A stretch of DNA of 64,000 nt from an uncultured Bacteroidia bacterium (GTDB taxonomy: Bacteria; Bacteroidota; Bacteroidia; NS11-12g; UBA955), in contig CALKCM010000008.1 in the NCBI GenBank assembly GCA_938086785.1, forward strand, positions 71,500 to 135,499, read 5' to 3'. Positions within the stretch are counted from its first letter, which is position 1; each line of letters begins with the position of its first letter. Positions 18,606 through 26,034 of the stretch are shown piece by piece. The position numbers and the translations under genes are program-made. Below the pieces are notes generated by a model. The model was given only the letters and a program-made list of their open reading frames with translations. It searched no databases and was not told the DNA's origin.

Positions 18606-19985
18606 ATGACTGCACAAAAACCATCCCTTCCTAAAGGCGTGAGAGATTTTGGTCCTGCCGTGATGAAAAAGAGAAAATTTATCATGAACACCATTGAACA
18701 ATGTTTTGTTCAATTTGGATTTGAAGCTATCGAAACTCCAGCCGTAGAAAAACTCAGTACCTTGACAGATAAATATGGCGAGGAGGGAGATCAATTGTTG
18801 TTTAAAATATTGAATAATGGGGACTTTTTAGATGCGGCTTCTCAGGAAATATATGATGCCAAGGATAGTAAAAAACTAAGTAAAGTAATTGCAGAAAAGG
18901 GCTTGCGTTACGACTTAACGGTGCCTTTGGCACGTTATGTAAGCATGAATAGAAGTCATATTACATTTCCTTTTAAACGCTATCAAATGCAGCCTGTTTG
19001 GAGGGCCGATCGACCACAAAAAGGAAGATACAGAGAGTTTTGGCAATGCGATGCTGACATAGTTGGCTCTACTTCTACTTATGGAGATGTTGAATTACTT
19101 GATTTGTACAATGATGTTTTTTTAAATCTAAAATTACCTGTTATTATTCGTTTCAATAATCGTCAAATATTTGATTGCATACTACAGAATATCTTGAATG
19201 ATGAAGAGTCCTTCCGTTTTATGCAACTCATTGATAAATATGACAAAATTGGAGATAAAGTAAATGAATTACTGCGGACTGACATTAACCAGAAGGCGGT
19301 GGATATTTGGATGAAACTTTTGGAGGCGAATGGAAAAGAAACAAATGCTGAAAAGTTGGCGGCTTTGAATCTGCTTTTTCCAACGATTCCATTAGAATTA
19401 ATGAAGGAGTTGGAGGGCAATTTAGATTTAGTTCAAGACAAAGGTGAAAACGCTATTTCATTAGATTTTACGCTGGCTCGTGGCTTAAGTTACTATACTG
19501 GAATAATATATGAGGTGGTGCCACAGCCTGAAATGTTGCCGGATGGATTTTCTGTGGGTAGTATTGGTGGCGGAGGCAGATATGATAAACTGACGGAGAT
19601 GTTTGGTTTTGAAGGGGGGCAAGGTGTTGGAATTTCTTTTGGATTGGATCGCATTTATGATGTGATGGAAGCGACAGATTTGTTTCAAAACTATATGGAG
19701 GATAATCGAAATATCCTTTTTTGTGTGATGGATACAGAAAATATGCCAATGGCTTATCGCTTATGTAAATCTTTAAGAGATATGGGTTTAAATACCGAGT
19801 TATATCCCAAAGCCTTAAAATTGAGAAAACAATTGGATTATGCGAATGCAAAAAAAATTAGATTTGCAGCAATTATTGGCCAAAATGAAATATTAAATAA
19901 GACAGTCATGATGAAGGATTTGGAAAGTGGTGAGCAAAAACAAATGGACTGGAGTGAAATACCGATCTTTATACAAGCAGGATGA
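18606..19985 (+). CDS. hisS: Histidine--tRNA ligase
   Basis: 459 aa. Class II motifs are present: RYDLTVPLARYV, FKRYQMQPVWRADRPQKGRYREFWQCD and GGGGRYD. Confidence 0.93.
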   Translation: MTAQKPSLPKGVRDFGPAVMKKRKFIMNTIEQCFVQFGFEAIETPAVEKLSTLTDKYGEEGDQLLFKILNNGDFLDAASQEIYDAKDSKKLSKVIAEKGLRYDLTVPLARYVSMNRSHITFPFKRYQMQPVWRADRPQKGRYREFWQCDADIVGSTSTYGDVELLDLYNDVFLNLKLPVIIRFNNRQIFDCILQNILNDEESFRFMQLIDKYDKIGDKVNELLRTDINQKAVDIWMKLLEANGKETNAEKLAALNLLFPTIPLELMKELEGNLDLVQDKGENAISLDFTLARGLSYYTGIIYEVVPQPEMLPDGFSVGSIGGGGRYDKLTEMFGFEGGQGVGISFGLDRIYDVMEATDLFQNYMEDNRNILFCVMDTENMPMAYRLCKSLRDMGLNTELYPKALKLRKQLDYANAKKIRFAAIIGQNEILNKTVMMKDLESGEQKQMDWSEIPIFIQAG

Positions 19986-21427
19986 GTTTAGATACAATTA
20001 ATGATTTTAATGAGTTTTTAGTCTCAGGAGATGAACTAAAGTTAAGTTCAGCAGAATGGTCAGCTATAGACGGCGCATACGATTACTTGCACGAGCATAT
20101 TAAAGCAGCTAAGGAACCTGTTTATGGAGTTAATACTGGATTTGGTTCACTTTGCGATGTAGAAATTGAAAAAGAGGAATTAGGGAAGCTACAAGAGAAT
20201 TTACTCATTACGCATGCAGCTGGGGTAGGTCCCATGTTGAGTAAAGAATTGAGTAAGGCGATGCTTTTACTTAAGATAAAAAATATTTCAAAAGGGCATA
20301 GTGGGGTAAGCAGAAATGTGGTGCAGCGATTGATTGATTTTTATAATTTAGATATTATTCCAGCTATACATAGCCAAGGTTCACTGGGAGCCAGCGGCGA
20401 TTTGGCTCCTTTATCTGAATTATTTCTTCCATTAATTGGTTTGGGATACTTTTGGAGAGATGGGGAGCCGGCGAAGGCCCTTCCCGAACTTTCGAGAAGG
20501 AATTTACAACCTTTAACACTTCAAGCCAAAGAGGCTTTAGGGTTAATTAATGGCACTCAATTTATGCTGGCTCATGCCATGCAAGCGTCAGACCTTATTG
20601 GGGATATTCTCATGCAGTTGCCAAAACTGACGGTGGCTAGTTTAAATGCTGTAAACGCGAGACATGAACCTTTTTTGCCTCAAATTCATGCCATTAGACC
20701 TCACCAAGGACAAAATATGGTGGCGAGTCAAATTTTGGAATTATTGGAGCAAGCAGAATCGAGGGAGAAGACACATGTCCAAGATCCCTATAGCTTTAGA
20801 TGTGTTCCACAGGTGCATGGGGCAAGTTTGGATGCCTTGCAACATTGCATGTATACCTGGGATACGGAATTGAAATCTGTTACTGATAATCCGAATGTGT
20901 TTGCTGAGGATAAACTTATCCTAAGCGGAGGTAATTTTCATGGCCAACCTTTGGCCTTGACTTTAGACTATGCTGCTATGGCCATTGCTGAACTCGCAAA
21001 TATTAGTGAGCGTAGAACCTATTATTTAATGGGTGGTTTTAGAAATCTACCTGCCTATTTAAGCCCCAAACCAGGAATGGATAGTGGCTATATGATAGCC
21101 CAATATACGGCGGCTTCTTTGGTATCTCAGAACAAGCAGTTGTGCAGTCCGGCAAGTATAGACTCTATCATGAGTAGTAATGGACAAGAAGACCATGTAA
21201 GCATGGGAGCAAATGCAGCGACTAAACTTATTAAGGTACTTGAAAATGCAAAACAGGTATTTGCCATTGAGTGGCTGGTTTCCGCACAAGCTTTAAATTT
21301 TGTAAAAGCTTCCCCAGGGTCTACTATCTCAGCTATGCAAAAGAAATTTAAGTTGAAAGTAGACGCCCACCAAACAGTAAGTATGACTGCTTTGATTGAA
21401 AAGGCGTATCACTTTTTATGGAATTAG
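19982..21427 (+). CDS. hutH: Histidine ammonia-lyase (MIO-dependent aromatic amino acid lyase family)
   Basis: The MIO-forming triad lies in GSLGASGDLAPLS. LITHAAGVG and NFHGQP are also present. The start overlaps the hisS stop (ATGA). Confidence 0.85.
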   Translation: MSLDTINDFNEFLVSGDELKLSSAEWSAIDGAYDYLHEHIKAAKEPVYGVNTGFGSLCDVEIEKEELGKLQENLLITHAAGVGPMLSKELSKAMLLLKIKNISKGHSGVSRNVVQRLIDFYNLDIIPAIHSQGSLGASGDLAPLSELFLPLIGLGYFWRDGEPAKALPELSRRNLQPLTLQAKEALGLINGTQFMLAHAMQASDLIGDILMQLPKLTVASLNAVNARHEPFLPQIHAIRPHQGQNMVASQILELLEQAESREKTHVQDPYSFRCVPQVHGASLDALQHCMYTWDTELKSVTDNPNVFAEDKLILSGGNFHGQPLALTLDYAAMAIAELANISERRTYYLMGGFRNLPAYLSPKPGMDSGYMIAQYTAASLVSQNKQLCSPASIDSIMSSNGQEDHVSMGANAATKLIKVLENAKQVFAIEWLVSAQALNFVKASPGSTISAMQKKFKLKVDAHQTVSMTALIEKAYHFLWN

Positions 21428-21542
21428 GCGTCATTGCACTCTATAAAATAAGCGAAGCACAATGTTTGTTTCGGCCGCTATAGCAACTCAATCATGCTTT
21501 ACTTCTCGAAGGAAGTAGAATGAATTTGAACTTGAGACATCT

Positions 21543-22016
21543 TTATTGGCCTTTATCCGGGAGTTCTTGAATATCCACTTCACCAAGCAACTCAATAAAA
21601 TTAGTTCTATCCAACTTGCTCGTATCCACCAATGGAATAGATTTAGTTGTTATCTGTATTTTGCCAATTTTAGGCCCGCAGTTTAAGCTGTCCTTTAAGC
21701 CTATCGCATCTTTAGTGGTTTCAATCTTTCCTATGGTAGTTTGGTGTCGGTCAAGCCCATTGCAGGCCCATATAAGTGGGGCTAATAGTATTGATGTAAT
21801 GTATTTCAATTGAAACCCTTTTTTAGGTTTGTTGAATGACATGCGACCACATACATTCTTCTCTTTGATGGTTTTTATGTAGTCAATGATTTCTTCATGG
21901 CTTTTGCTAGTAAAATCAATAACTGTTTTACTGCAAGCATTGCAAAATGAGCCATTTTTATTAGGCTCTAGTTCATCCCAATTCTTATCGCAAGGTGATT
22001 TAATAATGGCTTTCAT
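21543..22016 (-). CDS. Membrane protein with N-terminal Cys-rich (zinc-ribbon-like) module
   Basis: 157 aa. CDKNWDELEPNKNGSFCNACSKTVIDFT is followed by one hydrophobic segment, YITSILLAPLIWAC. Confidence 0.55.
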   Translation of the reverse strand: MKAIIKSPCDKNWDELEPNKNGSFCNACSKTVIDFTSKSHEEIIDYIKTIKEKNVCGRMSFNKPKKGFQLKYITSILLAPLIWACNGLDRHQTTIGKIETTKDAIGLKDSLNCGPKIGKIQITTKSIPLVDTSKLDRTNFIELLGEVDIQELPDKGQ

Positions 22017-22057
22017 AGGGATTAATACCCAAAACCATAAAATAGTAAATAAGAGAT

Positions 22058-22546
22058 TTAATCGTTGAAGGAGTATAGGAATACTAAAGTGGCATCCAGA
22101 GCAGGTTTAGCATTACCCATAATTTCTAAAGTAGCTTTTACTTCTACTTTGGATATTCCTCTAAGGTTTACTAAGGAATGAAGTTTAGTTTTTACTCGAA
22201 CGTGACTGTTTACCAAAACAGGCTGATTGAATTTTAATTTTTCAATACCATAATTTACCATCATTTTAGTATTCTTTACGTCGATGATTTGACCCCATAG
22301 AAATGGAACAACACTCAAACTTAAGTAGCCATGAGCTATTGTTGACCCATATGGGCTATCCGTCTTGGCCTTTTCTTCATCTGTATGTATCCATTGATAA
22401 TCCAAGGTGGCTTCGGCGAATTTGTTTACTTGTTCTTGGGTTATTTGTAAATAATCGGAGGTTCCCAACACTTCTCCCACGTATTGCTCAAAGTCCTTAT
22501 GATTATTGATGATTATTTTCCCTGATTTATGTTCAATATTTGTCAA
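22058..22546 (-). CDS. MaoC-like (R)-specific enoyl-CoA hydratase/dehydratase
   Basis: 162 aa. Hot-dog-fold motif DYQWIHTDEEKAKTDSPYGSTIAHGYL. Confidence 0.8.
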   Translation of the reverse strand: MTNIEHKSGKIIINNHKDFEQYVGEVLGTSDYLQITQEQVNKFAEATLDYQWIHTDEEKAKTDSPYGSTIAHGYLSLSVVPFLWGQIIDVKNTKMMVNYGIEKLKFNQPVLVNSHVRVKTKLHSLVNLRGISKVEVKATLEIMGNAKPALDATLVFLYSFND

Positions 22547-22651
22547 AAGCGTGTTTTCTTAATTAGTATGTAAAAATAAGCTAATTAATGTCTCGAAACA
22601 TTATAAATCTGTAATTTAGAATTGAACCAAGAATAAACGATGATTTTTGTC

Positions 22652-23110
22652 CTATCTCCTTGGATGCTTTTGCGAAAATAGTTTTGACAGCCTGTTGCTG
22701 AGCTTTTTAAAATCTTCTTTCTGCTCGCCAGTGCAGATGTCTCTGATATCAGAGAAATGACTGTAATGGATGGCTTCTACTTTCTGATTGTATAAAGCTA
22801 TGCTTTGAATTAAGGAATCTATTTGTGATTTATTGTATGTTTGATTTAAGGTTTTATAAAGTGCGTTTCTCGTTTGAAAAATATTTTTTTTCTGCTCCCT
22901 TATGTCCCTCCTGTGCTGTTTTATAAGTAAACTATATTGGTTTTTTTGAGCTTCATTAAAATGAAGATTTTTGATAATGACATCCTTCGGATTTGCACGC
23001 CCATGGGCCGGCTTTTTCATCAACATAAACCCAATGAGAAGGAAATTAGAAATCAACAACCCAACGCAAATAACCCAGAGAAATTTATTTTTATTCATTG
23101 TATAATTCAA
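22652..23110 (-). CDS. Spy/CpxP-like periplasmic helical protein (membrane-anchored)
   Basis: 152 aa. An N-terminal TM segment is followed by a Lys/Gln-rich helical region (LHFNEAQKNQYSLLIKQHRRDIREQKK). It is the third gene of the ECF sigma operon. Confidence 0.5.
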   Translation of the reverse strand: MNYTMNKNKFLWVICVGLLISNFLLIGFMLMKKPAHGRANPKDVIIKNLHFNEAQKNQYSLLIKQHRRDIREQKKNIFQTRNALYKTLNQTYNKSQIDSLIQSIALYNQKVEAIHYSHFSDIRDICTGEQKEDFKKLSNRLSKLFSQKHPRR

Positions 23111-23336
23111 GAGTAGTTGAGGGGACTAAGCCCTCCAAGCCATTTTTTTGATCTGAACGGTAATTATTAGACAACAGATAAATATTAGTTGAGATGCATA
23201 GTATGACAATTGCAGCCGCAACTCCAGCCCAATGCAATGGGATGATGTTCGCTTTCTCACGTTTTATTTTAGACATAATAGTCTCATACATGTAATTGGG
23301 CATTTGCACGCGCTGTATTTTTTTTAAACGTTCCAT
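23091..23336 (-). CDS. Putative anti-sigma factor (single-pass membrane protein)
   Basis: 81 aa with one TM segment (WAGVAAAIVILCISTNIYLL). It lies immediately downstream of the ECF sigma gene. Confidence 0.45.
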   Translation of the reverse strand: MERLKKIQRVQMPNYMYETIMSKIKREKANIIPLHWAGVAAAIVILCISTNIYLLSNNYRSDQKNGLEGLVPSTTLELYNE

Positions 23337-23370
23337 GTGAGGTGCTTTAAATTAGACGATTTCATGGGAT

Positions 23371-23889
23371 TTAACCTTCGTTTTCTTTCAATATTTTTTT
23401 TAAGTTAAGTTTTGCTCGTTGAAAAAGGGATTCGACTGCTTTACTCGTTGTATTCATTATTTCTGCAGTCTCTGCTTGACTTTTTTGTTCGATTTTCAGT
23501 AAAATAACCGCTGTTTTTTGTTTGTCAGCGAGTTGATTTATCGCAGCAAAAATTTTTGCTATTTCTTCTTTTTCCTCCAATAGAACACCTGGATGTTCAA
23601 AATGTCCGATTGACGTGCTTACATCATCATCGATTCGCTTAGCAGTAAAAAAAAAGTTGCGTTTTTGCGTTTTCTTTGCCTTTAGAAAGTCCAAGGATTT
23701 GTTTACTGTAATGCGATATATCCATGTTTTTATATTGGATTTGTTTTGAAAGTTCTTAGCCTTTAGATGCACGGTAAGAAATACATCTTGAGCCACCTCT
23801 TCGGCATCCTCTCGATTTTGGCAAAAGTGTAAAGCTAAATTGAAGACTAAGTCTTTATGTATATTATATAACTCTTTAAAGCTTAGCAA
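23371..23889 (-). CDS. ECF-type RNA polymerase sigma-70 factor
   Basis: 172 aa. Region 2 reads EDAEEVAQDVFLTV...WIYRITVNKSLDFLK. Region 4 HTH reads QKSQAETAEIMNTTSKAVESLFQRAK. Confidence 0.85.
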   Translation of the reverse strand: MLSFKELYNIHKDLVFNLALHFCQNREDAEEVAQDVFLTVHLKAKNFQNKSNIKTWIYRITVNKSLDFLKAKKTQKRNFFFTAKRIDDDVSTSIGHFEHPGVLLEEKEEIAKIFAAINQLADKQKTAVILLKIEQKSQAETAEIMNTTSKAVESLFQRAKLNLKKILKENEG

Positions 23890-23966
23890 TTAATGCAAGT
23901 ATACGATGTATTCATTTGTTAAGTAAAAAAAGCCACTAAAAATTCCTGATAGAAATGGACTTACAC

Positions 23967-25424
23967 TTAAGGTTTGTTCAAATTTACCTGTATACATACA
24001 TTTTTAGGTTCAGTAAAGAATCGGAGTGCTTCCCATCCACCTTCGCGTCCTACACCGCTACTTTTAGTTCCTCCAAATGGCGTTCTTAAGTCACGTAAGA
24101 GCCAGCAATTAATCCACACAATTCCGGTTTGTATTTTATTTGCCATGCGATGAGCGCGTTCCAAATGATTGGTCCAAATGGTACAAGCTAAACCATAATC
24201 TGCGCCATTGGCAATGGTTAGGGCCTCTTCTTCTGTTTCAAATGGCATGATAGATACCACTGGCCCAAATATCTCTTCTAAATTGCAGCGAGCCTTAGCC
24301 TTTAGACCTTCAATAACAGTAGGAGCTATATAAAAGCCTTTCTCATGTCCTTTGGGGTGCAAGCTCATTCCTCCCGTAAGTAATTGTCCTCCTTCTTCCT
24401 TAGCCATCTCAATATATCCAAGTACTTTTTTATAATGAGGCTCGCTAACAATGGCTCCAAGAAAACTATCCTTATTTTTTGGTGGTCCAACGTTTAAGGC
24501 ATTTACTTTTTCTACAAAACGCTCTTTAAAGCGTTCATAGATTCCTTTTTGTACAAGTATTCGAGAGCCGCATAAGCAAATCTCCCCCTGATTTAAAAAG
24601 GATGATTTAACACTGGTTTCTATCGCCTTATCTAAATCGCAATCATCAAATACAATGTTTGGATTTTTTCCGCCTAATTCTAAACTTAATTTTTTAAACA
24701 TAGGAGCAGCAATGGAGGCTATGCGTTTTCCAGTCGCTGTACCACCTGTGAAACTGATGGCTTTAATATCTTCATGTGTTACCAAAGCTTCTCCAACATG
24801 TTGCCCCAAACCTTGAACAATGTTCAATACACCGGCAGGGAGTCCTGCTTTGGTGCATATTTCACCAAGAAGGTTCGCTGTGTAAGGAGTAAACTCACTG
24901 GGTTTTGCAATTACACAATTTCCTGCGGCTAAGGCAGGAGCAATTTTCCATGAAAATAAGTATAAGGGTAAATTCCATGGGCTGATGCAAGCCACAACGC
25001 CTAAAGGTTTGCGCAAGGTGTAATTGATTGTTCCTTTTTCCATGGCGTGACTCTCGCTGGCAAAATGCATCTGCCCCGTGGCAAAAAATCGGAAGTTTTG
25101 AGCCGCTCTTTTCATTTCGTTTTTTGCCAACCATACAGGTTTTCCCTGATCTAAGGATTCGGCTTCTGCAAAACGCTCATTGCTTTCGTCAATGAGTTCG
25201 GCAATGCGATTTAATATTTTAAATTTATCTTCTGCGGGGGTTGTACTCCAAGCTGGGAATGCTTTTGAAGCAGCTTTATAGGCTAATTCAACATCCTCAG
25301 ATGTACCAGAAGCAACCTGACTATAAACCTCACCTTTTGCTGGATTTACATTGTCTAAATATTGGTTTTTTAAGGGTGCTGCATAGGCACCGTCGATGTA
25401 GTGGTTTAATTTTAATTGACTCAT
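23967..25424 (-). CDS. NAD(P)-dependent aldehyde dehydrogenase family protein
   Basis: 485 aa. Catalytic Glu in LELGGKNP and catalytic Cys in GEICLCGSR. FTGGTATGK is also present. Confidence 0.85.
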   Translation of the reverse strand: MSQLKLNHYIDGAYAAPLKNQYLDNVNPAKGEVYSQVASGTSEDVELAYKAASKAFPAWSTTPAEDKFKILNRIAELIDESNERFAEAESLDQGKPVWLAKNEMKRAAQNFRFFATGQMHFASESHAMEKGTINYTLRKPLGVVACISPWNLPLYLFSWKIAPALAAGNCVIAKPSEFTPYTANLLGEICTKAGLPAGVLNIVQGLGQHVGEALVTHEDIKAISFTGGTATGKRIASIAAPMFKKLSLELGGKNPNIVFDDCDLDKAIETSVKSSFLNQGEICLCGSRILVQKGIYERFKERFVEKVNALNVGPPKNKDSFLGAIVSEPHYKKVLGYIEMAKEEGGQLLTGGMSLHPKGHEKGFYIAPTVIEGLKAKARCNLEEIFGPVVSIMPFETEEEALTIANGADYGLACTIWTNHLERAHRMANKIQTGIVWINCWLLRDLRTPFGGTKSSGVGREGGWEALRFFTEPKNVCIQVNLNKP

Positions 25425-25936
25425 TTTTTAATGAACATGGCGTTTATACTGATGATTTTTTCCTCAGCCCAAAAGTACTTTTCTCTAATATTTATTCCAA
25501 AGGCTTTTTGAGGTTGATAACTGTAAAGGCATACTCGTTTGTTCAGAAAAGTATTCTTAAAAGTATTTACTTCAATCACATTTACATGCCCTTTATTCCT
25601 AATAATACGAATGGTTTGTACCAATGCATTGCTGTCCAGATTCGTGAGGTTTTGAATGGCGATATTTCCCGAGCTATCCGTGCTTGATCGAAATGAATCA
25701 TTTGCATCCTGGTTTATACTTAGAAAGGGATTCAGTAATTCCTCCCATTCAGGATTAGAAATGAGTTTGTTCTCGACACTTTCTGCTATCTGAGTATTGT
25801 GGTCTACCTCATATTGAGTTTGTTTTAGGGAATCGATATCTTGGACTATGATTCTTTTCCAGAAGGAGAGGTCTTCTTTTAGTACTTGCTTTTTACCTTG
25901 GCAGCTAAAGACCAATAGAAACAAGGGGATAAGCAT
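25421..25936 (-). CDS. Hypothetical lipoprotein
   Basis: Start set at MLIPLFLLVFSCQG (lipobox). A perfect -7 box lies inside the longer ORF-track version. The stop overlaps the ALDH start by 4 nt. Confidence 0.55.
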   Translation of the reverse strand: MLIPLFLLVFSCQGKKQVLKEDLSFWKRIIVQDIDSLKQTQYEVDHNTQIAESVENKLISNPEWEELLNPFLSINQDANDSFRSSTDSSGNIAIQNLTNLDSNALVQTIRIIRNKGHVNVIEVNTFKNTFLNKRVCLYSYQPQKAFGINIREKYFWAEEKIISINAMFIKK

Positions 25937-25952
25937 GCATTTCTTCACTATG

Positions 25953-25960
25953 CAAATGTA
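25953..25960 (-). promoter_or_regulatory. -7 box TAcaTTTG
   Basis: Plus strand reads caaatgta. It lies 16 nt upstream of the ATG at 25936. Confidence 0.45.
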
Positions 25961-25980
25961 ATTCAAAGACCTGGAAGCAT

Positions 25981-26013
25981 AAAAAAAGCCTCTCGCATTT
26001 TGTGCAAGAGGCT
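25981..26013 (-). terminator. Rho-independent terminator of the T9SS cargo gene
   Basis: Stem 25987-25997 / 26003-26013 (agcctctcgca / tgcaagaggct, 10 of 11 paired) with loop ttttg. A minus-strand T-run follows (plus-strand a-run 25981-25987). Confidence 0.6.
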
Positions 26014-26034
26014 CTTTTATGTGTTTTTATTTTC

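Noticed and set aside
19468-19851. 127-aa minus-strand ORF, and 19163-19420 and 19485-19688.
   Set aside because: All are antisense within hisS.
19982-21427. Reading the MIO enzyme as a phenylalanine/tyrosine ammonia-lyase or an aminomutase.
   Set aside because: The LITHAAGVG segment keeps the His that I associate with histidine ammonia-lyases, and hutU is present in the same window. The alternative is not excluded without a phylogeny.
21428-21542. Possible hairpin (tacttc / gaagta) between convergent hutH and the Cys-rich membrane protein gene.
   Set aside because: The stem is only 6 bp with no adjoining T-run, which is too weak to call a terminator.
22559-22588. 8-bp inverted repeat TTAATTAG(N14)CTAATTAA upstream of the MaoC-like gene.
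   Set aside because: It is made almost entirely of A/T, and such palindromes are common by chance in this genome. I have no supporting evidence that it is an operator.
25241-25687. 148-aa plus-strand ORF.
   Set aside because: It is antisense across the ALDH/lipoprotein junction and has no motifs.
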